From assembly GCA_964423495.1 (NCBI GenBank), contig CAYRFN010000001.1, positions 17,902 to 81,901 of the forward strand: DNA of 64,000 bases. Reading direction: 5' to 3'. Source of the DNA: an uncultured Desulfobacteraceae bacterium (GTDB lineage: Bacteria > Desulfobacterota > DSM-4660 > Desulfatiglandales > Desulfatiglandaceae). Position 1 is the stretch's first letter, and every line of letters begins with the position of its first letter. The notes beneath the pieces were generated by a model. That model was given only the letters and a program-made list of their open reading frames with translations. It did not search any database and had not been told where the DNA came from. The position numbers and the translations under genes are program-made. Of this stretch, positions 55,918 to 63,831 are shown piece after piece.

Positions 55918-55946
55918 TTGACAGATACATCAAAAGAGGATACCAT
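55918..55946 (+). promoter_or_regulatory. Sigma-70-type promoter for the antitoxin/VapC pair
   Basis: TTGACA 55918-55923, a 17-nt spacer and TACCAT 55941-55946. GGAGG lies 7 nt before ATG 55978. Confidence 0.45.
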
Positions 55947-55977
55947 TTAAATAAATGTAGCTACTGGAGGATATAAT

Positions 55978-56256
55978 ATGTTATCTGCAGGAATCAAGGA
56001 TTTTAAGAATAATCTAAGCCGTTATCTTTCACTTGTTAAAAAGGGACAAAACCTATTAATAACCGAAAGAGGCAAGATTATTGCCCGTGTAATGCAGGAA
56101 GATCCAAAAAAGATATCTATCATGGAGGCTCTTAGACCTCTAATAGTCAACGGATTGGTAAGCCTTCCAAGTAATAGGCTAAGTAAAGACATGCCTGACC
56201 CTGTTGAGATTCCGGGAAAGCCTGTTTCAGAAATGGCCATCGAAGATCGCCGATGA
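55978..56256 (+). CDS. Phd/YefM-type antitoxin
   Basis: IKDFKNNLSRYLSLVKKGQNLLITERGKIIARV. ATGA overlap with the downstream PIN gene. Confidence 0.75.
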   Translation: MLSAGIKDFKNNLSRYLSLVKKGQNLLITERGKIIARVMQEDPKKISIMEALRPLIVNGLVSLPSNRLSKDMPDPVEIPGKPVSEMAIEDRR

Positions 56257-56692
56257 TCCTTTATTTGGAAACCAGTGCTCTTATAAAGAGATATTTCAAG
56301 GAAGTTGGCTCAACAGAGGTGATTTCCAAGTGGAAAGAGGGTATGGCAATTGTGACCTCATCAGTGACTTATGCTGAAACAATGGCCTCTGTTTATCGAA
56401 AAAAAAGAGAAATCGGCATCCATGATAACATCTTTAGAAAAATCATCAATTCATTTCAAAAAGACTGGAACAGCTTTTTTTGCGCGTGGAAGTCACTAAC
56501 GATTTAAATGAAATAATTGATAGAATTTTGGCTACTCATTCCCTCCGAGGTTTTGATGCTGTTCATCTGGCTTCAGCGCTTTTAGTATATGAAAAGGTTC
56601 CTCAAGATTTTCTTTTTGCCTGCTTTGATCGAAAGCTTATAGAGGCTGCACAGATAGAAGGATTGAACATCTTTCCAAATAGAATTAATTAA
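56253..56692 (+). pseudogene. vapC: VapC (PIN-domain) toxin gene disrupted by a frameshift in a T7 tract
   Basis: The two ORF pieces (56253-56507 and 56480-56692) join into one PIN protein if the T-run at 56475-56481 were T8 (...DWNSFFLRVEVTNDL...). PIN acidic residues are LETSAL, YAET, GFDAVH and CFDRK. Confidence 0.75.
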
Positions 56693-56801
56693 GGATAATT
56701 CATGGCTCACAATTCATATAACTTCATTTTCTGATTTTCCCTCCCCTTTTCATGTTCTCTTTTTATTGATATGGAAAAGTTGAACATAGAAGATATTCTA
56801 A

Positions 56802-56999
56802 TTAGAATAGCGCATATATAAAAGGTGCTACTGCACTGGTTTCGGTGAAAACAATCAGGGCACCTAACAAGAAAAGTACAAGCACAATAGGAAGCAACCA
56901 ATATCGCTTTCTGACCTTTAAAAATTCCCAGAATAATAGCCCAGGCCGAGAATCAAGGTGGTTATGATTTTGCCCAACAAATGAGCAATTTTCAACCAA
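56802..56999 (-). pseudogene. DUF5989-like small membrane protein remnant
   Basis: LLFWEFLKVRKRYWLLPIVLVLFLLGALIVFTETSAVAPFIYALF matches my memory of DUF5989. It has no start of its own except TTG 56999, which lies inside the overlapping SxtJ-like frame. Confidence 0.5.
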
Positions 57000-57097
57000 G
57001 CAATATAGACAGGCTCTAATTGCTTAGGAATCAAGATAAAGAGTAACCCGAGGATCGACAAGGAACCAAAAAGATAAATAGGTAGATGCTTATTCAT
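56918..57097 (-). pseudogene. SxtJ-like membrane protein fragment (59 codons, below the ORF-track cutoff)
   Basis: My own translation is MNKHLPIYLFGSLSILGLLFILIPKQLEPVYIAWLKIAHLLGKIITTLILGLGYYSGNF*. It resembles the central part of SxtJ-family proteins and runs out of frame into the DUF5989 remnant. Confidence 0.45.
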
Positions 57098-57458
57098 CCA
57101 AAGGCCCAGGGAATACCGAATCCCAAAGAAAAAAAGTAACCATGTCTTCGCCTTTCTGTGTCCTTGAAAATTGAATATCGTTAATTTCCTTGAATTTTTC
57201 TATTCTGGCTACTTGTGTCTGCGGTTCACTGAAAACGCTCTCCAGCCTTTTTTCTTCTTTAACCTCCTTTTCTTCTGGTTTAGGTTTTACTTCCTGGCTG
57301 ATCAATGGAATTTTAACATCTTGTGGTATGAGCGTTTTAATAGGTTTTACTACTTCAATCGACTGTTCAGAGGGTGAAGTTTTTTGTTTGTTTGAACAGC
57401 TGTATGATAAGAAAAGAGACAAGTAGAGGGAAATTATAATGATTGTTGAAGCTTTCAT
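57090..57458 (-). pseudogene. Truncated paralog of the AMIN lipoprotein (signal peptide, lipobox and linker only)
   Basis: MKASTIIIISLYLSLFLSYSC...MVTFFL then diverges (WDSVFPGPLDE*). The AMIN domain is absent. ATG 57458 corresponds to the start of the intact copy. Confidence 0.65.
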
Positions 57459-57459
57459 A
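57130..57459 (-). repeat. Copy 2 of the diverged 330-bp direct repeat
   Basis: See 55551-55880. Confidence 0.9.
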
Positions 57460-57492
57460 GCGCGGGGACTGAGGCATGCATTTGAAACCGGG

Positions 57493-58935
57493 CTACCTTC
57501 CTGCACCCACAAGCATCACCTTGATTGTCCTTAGGATTATCTTTAAATCCAGGAACAGAGACCAGCTATCAATATAGGAAAGATCCATCTTAACCCAGTC
57601 TTCAAAGCTGATCTCGTTTCGCCTGGGTGTGCATTGCCAAAGGCCCGTCACCCCAGGCTTCATCGAAAGTCGTCTTATTTGCCAGATCTTATAATCTTCC
57701 ACCTCAGCAGGTATGGGTGGTCTGGGACCAATAAGACTCATCTCACCTTTGAGGACGTTGATCAACTGAGGCAACTCATCTAAACTGGTCTTTCGAAGCA
57801 GGGTGCCGATAAAGGGGATAATACGAGGGTCTTTCTTTATCTTGAACACCGGCCCGTCAGTTTCATTCAATGCCTCCAGGTCCTGTCGTCTTGCCTCGGC
57901 ATCCGCAACCATGGTCCTGAATTTATATAGTAAAAATCTGCGTCCGTTGAGTCCGTAACGCTCCTGCTTGAAGAAAATCGGACCTTTAGAGGAAAGCTTT
58001 AGGGCACAGGAAATAACCAGAAAAAGTGGTATCGCCAGTACCATGACTATACCGGTAAATATATAATCAAAGATGCTTTTTATGAACAGTTCCTCCTGCC
58101 TGTATGGGGTGATGGTCAATACCATGGTAGGAAGCCTCAGAAATGTTTCAAACTTAATGGAGCCGATCTCTGGCTGATACATGATATTATAGAGATACCA
58201 ATCAGGAATAACGCGGACCATAACACCTGTTTCCCTGGCTATAACTATATATTTAACAATGCCCTCTATTTCCTTTAAAGGCATGGCAAAAATTAATTCA
58301 TCCACAACCTCTTTGCGTAAGATTTTTTCAAGTTGATCAACCGTTCCAATAACGTGAATACCATTTTTTACCTCATTGTTAATTGCATCTTCGTTTATAT
58401 CCAAACAGCCCAGAACCCTATATCGCGAGCCTGAGTCTTTTTCTATTGCATTGATGACGTCTTTGGCTCTTTCTTTGTATCCAATGATAAGGATGTTGTT
58501 AATAGTAAATTCTTTATGTTTATAGTGAGCCAGGGTCATGTAAATAATCCACTTGCTAAGGGCGAGCAATCCAATGTTGAGCAGGAAGAACAGGCCTACC
58601 ATGATACGGCTCACAGCCAATATTTTGAAAATATAAATAGAGAATGTTAAAAGGATTATTGCGGTGGACATAGCCATAATCATGTTCAAGAATATCTGCG
58701 TGTAAGTTCGTCTTCTGTAAGAGGCATAAAGATCAAAGAGGTTAAAGATAATAAACCATATGATAATGACCATGAGCAGAATAATGTAGTAGTTGGGTGT
58801 TTCGGTCAGACCGCGGAAGGGTTGAGGAAGGAGATATTTTTTGATGAAATAGGCTCCGATAAAGGATGCTACCGTCAGGCAGATATCAAGAAATTGATGG
58901 GCCTTGACAATCAGTTTTTTTCGTTCTATTGGCAT
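57493..58935 (-). CDS. WbaP/EpsB-type polyprenyl-phosphate hexose-1-phosphate transferase (bacterial sugar transferase)
   Basis: N-terminal TM bundle plus a Rossmann-like module (ILIIGYKERAKDVI...VLGCLD). The catalytic domain has SKGPIFFKQERYGLNGRRFLLYKFRTM...DELPQLINVLKGEMSLIGPRP. Confidence 0.9.
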   Translation of the reverse strand: MPIERKKLIVKAHQFLDICLTVASFIGAYFIKKYLLPQPFRGLTETPNYYIILLMVIIIWFIIFNLFDLYASYRRRTYTQIFLNMIMAMSTAIILLTFSIYIFKILAVSRIMVGLFFLLNIGLLALSKWIIYMTLAHYKHKEFTINNILIIGYKERAKDVINAIEKDSGSRYRVLGCLDINEDAINNEVKNGIHVIGTVDQLEKILRKEVVDELIFAMPLKEIEGIVKYIVIARETGVMVRVIPDWYLYNIMYQPEIGSIKFETFLRLPTMVLTITPYRQEELFIKSIFDYIFTGIVMVLAIPLFLVISCALKLSSKGPIFFKQERYGLNGRRFLLYKFRTMVADAEARRQDLEALNETDGPVFKIKKDPRIIPFIGTLLRKTSLDELPQLINVLKGEMSLIGPRPPIPAEVEDYKIWQIRRLSMKPGVTGLWQCTPRRNEISFEDWVKMDLSYIDSWSLFLDLKIILRTIKVMLVGAGR

Positions 58936-58990
58936 AAAACCTTATCCTTATCACTACATATCCTGAGATCTTTGAAAAATACTCACGTTT

Positions 58991-59070
58991 TCATTGCGAG
59001 CAAAGCGAAGCAATACCTGACCATATGGAAACATTGAGATTGCCACGGAGCTAAAGCTCCTCGCAATAAC
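58991..59070. repeat. Composite copy of the CATTGCGAG...GCGAAGCAAT / ...GGAGCTAAAGCTCCTCGCAAT inverted-repeat element
   Basis: attgcgag(58993-59000) pairs with ctcgcaat(59060-59067). Inner hairpins are attgc/gcaat and ggagc-taaa-gctcc (59047-59060). Confidence 0.7.
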
Positions 59071-59215
59071 TCGGAATATAATTTTTAAAGGTCTCAACTT
59101 ATTTATAATATTATCAAATTATTATTTATGTCAATAACTTTTGTCTGGGTTCTCCTGCCATTGCAATATGCTTTTCCATTCTTCCATCTTTTTTTACGAA
59201 AACATGTCAGAATGC

Positions 59216-59313
59216 CCCGACTTTTAAATCGGGAATGAATGGCATCCTTTAAGTTCCCCTCCCACCAAGGGAGGGGCAGTTTGATATTGGATACCCTACA
59301 GCTTGCTGCAGGG
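59216..59313. repeat. Cluster of three short GC-rich hairpins
   Basis: cccga/tcggg (59216-59233), cccctccc/gggagggg (59256-59276, perfect 8 bp) and ccctacagc/gctgcaggg (59294-59313, 1 mismatch). Confidence 0.65.
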
Positions 59314-59414
59314 AGGGTCATTGTCATAGAAGGTGTTCCTGTTTTAAGTTTCATTTAAATGGGACTTGGAGCGGAAAGGGACAAAAATTCATCATGAAAG
59401 TTTCGGTTTTTCAC

Positions 59415-59443
59415 TTGACAGATTCTAATAGATACTTTAAGAT
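59415..59443 (+). promoter_or_regulatory. Sigma-70-type promoter for brnT/brnA
   Basis: TTGACA 59415-59420, a 17-nt spacer and TAAGAT 59438-59443. AGGGAGGG lies 9 nt before ATG 59475. Confidence 0.45.
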
Positions 59444-59474
59444 ATTGTTACTCAGTTAGGGAGGGTACGTGCCA

Positions 59475-59810
59475 ATGGGCCGAGGGAAGCCTTTTCAATG
59501 TGAGCTCACGGTCTCAACTCGGGTAAAAGAAAAGCTTTTTAAAAAACACAATATTGAAGTTTGGGAAATCGAGGAGGTCATCTATGATGATCCTTACGCC
59601 TTTTCCATTGCTTACCGGGATTGTTATTTTATTTATGGACAGAGTTTTTCAGGCAGGTACCTTTTAGTTCTGGTTAGAATCTTGTCTTCGGAAGAGGTTT
59701 CTAAACTTGGCTTTAAATCAGGAACGAATGTCCTTAAAATAATTACGGCAAGAGACATGAATTCAAGACAAAGAAAAATATATAATAAGAAAAGAGGAGT
59801 TAAACGATGA
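59475..59810 (+). CDS. brnT: BrnT-like (DUF497) toxin
   Basis: ...KLFKKHNIEVWEIEEVIYDDP...GRYLLVLV...LKIITARDMNSRQRKIY fits the DUF497 pattern. Confidence 0.6.
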   Translation: MGRGKPFQCELTVSTRVKEKLFKKHNIEVWEIEEVIYDDPYAFSIAYRDCYFIYGQSFSGRYLLVLVRILSSEEVSKLGFKSGTNVLKIITARDMNSRQRKIYNKKRGVKR

Positions 59811-60076
59811 AGCGTTCCAAAAAACTGTCAGATATTCCACCTATGAATGATGAAGAACTGGAAAAGTTTTGGGGCAAAAATGAGCCAGAAGACTTTGAAG
59901 GGTGGCAAGAAGGAACTCTTAATTTCATACGTCCACCCAAAAAGTTGATCCAATTGCGGCTTGATCTAAGAGACATTAGGATAATTGACAGAGAATCCAA
60001 GCACTCAGGTATTGACAGAGCCCAATTAGTGCGCTCATGGGTAAAAGAAAAGATAAGGAACATAGAAAACGAGTAG
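59807..60076 (+). CDS. brnA: BrnA-like / CopG-type antitoxin
   Basis: IPPMNDEELEKFWGKNEPEDF...IQLRLDLRDIRIIDRESKHSGIDRAQLVRSWV. ATGA overlap with brnT. Confidence 0.6.
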   Translation: MKRSKKLSDIPPMNDEELEKFWGKNEPEDFEGWQEGTLNFIRPPKKLIQLRLDLRDIRIIDRESKHSGIDRAQLVRSWVKEKIRNIENE

Positions 60077-60171
60077 GGCCGGTGCAATCTTTCAACTCCC
60101 CTGATTACTGCAATACCCTTGCTATTTTCCCCCTTGCCCTTCACGCCACGAGCAATGATCTCATTTTTTAC

Positions 60172-60199
60172 TTGACAAAGGCCAGCCATTTTGGATAAT
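60172..60199 (+). promoter_or_regulatory. Sigma-70-type promoter upstream of the second AAA+ ATPase gene
   Basis: TTGACA 60172-60177, a 16-nt spacer and GATAAT 60194-60199. Confidence 0.5.
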
Positions 60200-60260
60200 A
60201 AGCATTGAATATTTTTATTCAGAAGGCATTGATCAAAAATTACATACTGATAGCTTTGGC

Positions 60261-61661
60261 ATGGATATTCGATTTTCCCCCCATAATACCCATCTTGAAG
60301 ATCCCAGGGCTTTTGTCGAGCGCGATCCTCATCTGAGACAATTACAGCAGCAGCCATTGATCCATCACTCCCATCTGCTGGGCCAGCTTCCCCGTCAACA
60401 GCCCGGTATCTATACTATTAGTGGAGGCCGTCAGATTGGCAAGACAACCCTTCTGAAACAGTGGATGGCAAATCTTCTAAAGAGCGGTGTTGCGCCAGAA
60501 AGCATTGCTTATTTGACTGGAGAACTTATCGATGATCACCATTCCTTAGTCAGGCTGCTCACGGAGACTCTGAATGAAATGCCTACCACCGGCATTCTTT
60601 ATCTCCTCCTTGATGAGGTTACATATATTCGAGACTGGGATAAGGGTGTTAAGTACCTTGCCGATGCCGGAATGCTGGAAAATATAATCATGTTTCTGAC
60701 CGGTTCAGATATGGTGATTATTAAAGAAGCTCGTATGCGATTTCCAGGGAGGCGAGGGACTGCAGATACTGTTGATTTTCATCTCTACCCTCTCAATTTT
60801 CTCAAAACAGTAAGATTAAAGAAACGATTTACAGTTGAGGAGCTGGATCAGCTTTTGAATTCCAAAACCGTATCAACTATTTCATTACTTGATAGATTGT
60901 TTGAAGAATTCGAACTCTACCTGATTCATGGCGGCTTTCTGACAGCTATCAACGACATGGAAAAACACAAACGTATTATGCCTGCTACGTTCTCCACATA
61001 CAGTGACTGGATTCGAGGGGACGTTCTGAAGAGGGGGAAGCAGGAACATTACCTACGTGAAGTCCTAAGAGCCATAGTTAAGCGTTATGGCAGCCAGGTT
61101 ACATGGAATGCTCTGTCACATGACCTTTCCATTGATCACCCGAAAACGGTGGCTGATTATGTAATGCTGCTCGCATCTATGGATGTTACCTTTGTTCAAG
61201 CCGCACTGGTGGAGGACAAACTCACAGCCGCACCTAAAAAGTCTCGTAAGCTGATGTTTACAGACCCGTTTATTTTTCATGCGGTGCGGGGCTGGTTAAA
61301 TCCAGGTAAAGACCTATTCAGCCAACAGGTCACGCCCATCATATCCGATCCGGACTGGGATGCCAGGTTAGCCGAGGCATGTGCAGCGACACACTTTCGG
61401 AGATACTTTCCCACATACTACATCAAAGCCGAAGGCGAGGTTGATGTTGCGTACATTGACCAAAACCGTTTTTGGCCCCTGGAAATAAAGTGGACCAACC
61501 AACTCAGGCCGAAGGATCTCAAACAAGTTGCCAAATACCCTAACAGTCGCATCTTGACCAGATCACGACAAAGCGGGGAGATTCTCGGAATACCTACCGA
61601 ACCTCTACCTCTCGCACTCTTACGCCTTGGTTCAGCGCAAATATCTATAAATTCCTGCTAA
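60261..61661 (+). CDS. COG1373-type AAA+ ATPase with a C-terminal PD-(D/E)xK-like domain (subfamily distinct from 3597-4772)
   Basis: Walker A is GGRQIGKTTL and Walker B is LLLDEVTYIRDW. The C-terminal GEVDVAYI...PLEIKW is the nuclease-like motif. No clear SD sequence precedes ATG 60261. Confidence 0.75.
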   Translation: MDIRFSPHNTHLEDPRAFVERDPHLRQLQQQPLIHHSHLLGQLPRQQPGIYTISGGRQIGKTTLLKQWMANLLKSGVAPESIAYLTGELIDDHHSLVRLLTETLNEMPTTGILYLLLDEVTYIRDWDKGVKYLADAGMLENIIMFLTGSDMVIIKEARMRFPGRRGTADTVDFHLYPLNFLKTVRLKKRFTVEELDQLLNSKTVSTISLLDRLFEEFELYLIHGGFLTAINDMEKHKRIMPATFSTYSDWIRGDVLKRGKQEHYLREVLRAIVKRYGSQVTWNALSHDLSIDHPKTVADYVMLLASMDVTFVQAALVEDKLTAAPKKSRKLMFTDPFIFHAVRGWLNPGKDLFSQQVTPIISDPDWDARLAEACAATHFRRYFPTYYIKAEGEVDVAYIDQNRFWPLEIKWTNQLRPKDLKQVAKYPNSRILTRSRQSGEILGIPTEPLPLALLRLGSAQISINSC

Positions 61662-61692
61662 TGGTCCCTGGTTAGTTTCCCCTTTTTCGGTC

Positions 61693-62829
61693 TTAAGTAT
61701 CCAACCCTGAGCTAAGCGCCATTTTCTCTGCGCTTAGTATATCCACAATCCTCTCCGCCGCCTTGCCATCCCATTTTGGTGGAATAGCGGCTTCTACTTT
61801 CCCACTTTTTATTATCTTCCAGAAGCATTTAAGAATATCTGCTTTTTTGTTTCCTACCAGAGTATTGGTCCCAATCTCGATGGTAATAGGACGTTCGGTG
61901 TTATCCCTAAGGGTAAGGCATGGCACTCCCAAGGCAGTTGTTTCTTCTTGCAGGCCACCGCTGTCTGTCATCACCATGATCGCATCTTTCCAGAGAAAAA
62001 GCGACTCCCTGAATCCCAATGGTTCTAAAAGTTTTACGTTTGTATTTAACTTGATATCAAATGTGTTAAGCATCTTCTTGGTCCGGGGATGAACAGGAAA
62101 GAGAATCGGAATTTCAATAGAGATCTCGTTCAATGCGTCAGCTATCTCAGCAAGTGTTTCTCGGGAATCGACGTTTGAAGGACGATGCAAGGTAAGAAAG
62201 ATATATTGATGCAGTTTTCTTTTAAAATCAAACGTGTGGAAATTTGATATTTTATCGTTCTCAAGCCGCTTCAATTGGTAAAGCAGATTATCAATCATTA
62301 CGTGACCCACAAAATAGATCTTATCTTCGGATTTACCTTCTCTGAGAAGATTTTCTATGGCGCTCTTTTCTGTAACAAAAAAATAATCTGCAATTGAGTC
62401 GGTTACTATACGGTTAATCTCTTCCGGCATGGTGAGGTCAAAACTCCTCAGACCTGCTTCCACGTGGGCAACGTCAATTAAAAGTTTTTTTGCAACAATG
62501 CTGCATGCCAGGGTTGAATTGACATCTCCAACAACAATGACAAGGCCAGGTCTCTCATTGGAGCAGACTTCCTCAAAGGCCACCATGATCTTTGCGGTTT
62601 GCCCGGCATGGGAACCAGAGCCAGCATCCAGGAAAAAATCGGGCCTGGGAAGCTCCAGGTCATCAAAAAAGGCCTGGGACATCTCATAGTCATAGTGTTG
62701 CCCGGTATGAACGATTTTCCACGTCAGATGTTTTGCTCCATGCCCCATGCGCTTTGCCCTTAGTGATCTAATGATCGGAGCAATCTTCATGAAATTGGGC
62801 CGCGCACCAGCAACCAGAAATATTTTCAT
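61693..62829 (-). CDS. wecB: UDP-N-acetylglucosamine 2-epimerase (non-hydrolysing)
   Basis: MKIFLVAGARPNFMKIAPI...HTGQHYDYEMS...VGDVNSTLA...HVEAGLRSFD..MPEEINR. Confidence 0.9.
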   Translation of the reverse strand: MKIFLVAGARPNFMKIAPIIRSLRAKRMGHGAKHLTWKIVHTGQHYDYEMSQAFFDDLELPRPDFFLDAGSGSHAGQTAKIMVAFEEVCSNERPGLVIVVGDVNSTLACSIVAKKLLIDVAHVEAGLRSFDLTMPEEINRIVTDSIADYFFVTEKSAIENLLREGKSEDKIYFVGHVMIDNLLYQLKRLENDKISNFHTFDFKRKLHQYIFLTLHRPSNVDSRETLAEIADALNEISIEIPILFPVHPRTKKMLNTFDIKLNTNVKLLEPLGFRESLFLWKDAIMVMTDSGGLQEETTALGVPCLTLRDNTERPITIEIGTNTLVGNKKADILKCFWKIIKSGKVEAAIPPKWDGKAAERIVDILSAEKMALSSGLDT

Positions 62830-62994
62830 ATTATTACCCCAGTTAAACGCTTGAAGGGCAAAAAATTACATCAATGCCAAGTATCATGCCAACGGAAGGA
62901 TGTATCTTTTATTCCATATATTTTAAAATAGCTTTATGGTCTTAATTATGTTATATAAAAAATATATGCTACATGAGAAGGAGGTAATAAAGAT

Positions 62995-63186
62995 ATGCCG
63001 GAAATTGCAATAGAACTCACATATGAAAAGATACTCGAAGCAGCTTCAAAGCTGACCGAAGAAGACAAAGAACGACTTTTTTTCTCCCTCAATAAAAACT
63101 ATGCTAAAGCTTTAGATGAAATGGGAAAAGAAGCTTGGGAAAGCCATCAGCGGGGTGAAAGTATTAGATTGAAAGATTTACAATGA
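62995..63186 (+). CDS. Small antitoxin partner of the RelE/ParE-type toxin
   Basis: 63-aa acidic protein. AAGGAGG lies ~10 nt upstream, and there is an ATGA overlap with the toxin gene. Confidence 0.55.
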   Translation: MPEIAIELTYEKILEAASKLTEEDKERLFFSLNKNYAKALDEMGKEAWESHQRGESIRLKDLQ

Positions 63187-63473
63187 AATACGAAATATTC
63201 TTAGGCCCACGAGCGAAGAGACAATATGAGAGATTTGATAGGCATATTCGAGATGAAATCGAGTCTCGATTATGGGAGCTTGAAGATGATCCCCATGAAA
63301 AAGGGAGCCTTCTTAAAGGACTTAAAACTGAGTTGCGTTATATAAAAATGTCTCATGCTGGTGTCCAATATCGTGCAGTTTATGATATAGAGAATAACAA
63401 AAAGGAGGTTTTGGTTATCTTTATAGGTTCACGCGAAAATTTTTACAAAGAACTCAGAAGGTTTACTGATTAA
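63183..63473 (+). CDS. RelE/ParE-superfamily toxin
   Basis: 96 aa. ...RIRDEIESRLWELEDDP...LKGLKTELRYIKM..AGVQYRAVYDIENNKKEVLVIFIGSRENFY fits the RelE/ParE fold pattern. Confidence 0.7.
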   Translation: MKYEIFLGPRAKRQYERFDRHIRDEIESRLWELEDDPHEKGSLLKGLKTELRYIKMSHAGVQYRAVYDIENNKKEVLVIFIGSRENFYKELRRFTD

Positions 63474-63592
63474 GCCCTTACCCATCTTTCACTTCCGCCT
63501 CGCTCCCAATACTTATTGACATATATCTCTAAATCTCCCAATTTTTACCCCGTAAAATGCCTTTTTGTTTCTATTTCACTGGGGCCTAAATC

Positions 63593-63658
63593 CCCTTGCT
63601 ATTTTCCCCCATAATACCCATCTTGAAGATCCCAGGGCTTTTGTCGAGCGCGATCCTC
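63593..63658 (+). repeat. 66-bp copy of sequence flanking and entering the 5' end of the 60261 ATPase gene
   Basis: 63593-63610 equals 60116-60133 (18 nt) and 63611-63658 equals 60283-60330 (48 nt). The 149 nt between them at the left locus are absent here. Confidence 0.9.
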
Positions 63659-63750
63659 GAGTGAAAACGATCCTTTTGCTTTGGAACTGCTAATTCAACC
63701 TTGTCCCATAACTCAACAATCGTTGTTCTCCTTTGTCAGATTTTTTCTAC

Positions 63751-63778
63751 TTGACAGGTATAATGACCATGGTAAAAT
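63751..63778 (+). promoter_or_regulatory. Sigma-70-type promoter
   Basis: TTGACA 63751-63756, a 16-nt spacer and TAAAAT 63773-63778. The context (ttttttctacTTGACAgg) resembles the 60172 promoter (attttttacTTGACAaa). Confidence 0.45.
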
Positions 63779-63831
63779 GACCACAGTCACATTCATTATG
63801 AAATTATATCTCAAATATATTTGATGGTTTA

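Noticed and set aside
55931-55946. On the minus strand, TGGTATcctctTTTGA upstream of the AMIN lipoprotein gene resembles a sigma-54 promoter.
   Set aside because: The GG to GC spacing is off by one, and the -12 GC dinucleotide is missing.
59103-59354. An 83-aa minus-strand ORF in the wbaP/brnT gap.
   Set aside because: It is composed almost entirely of translated hairpin repeats (PLPWWEG, PAASCRVS), which makes it a classic repeat-derived artefact.
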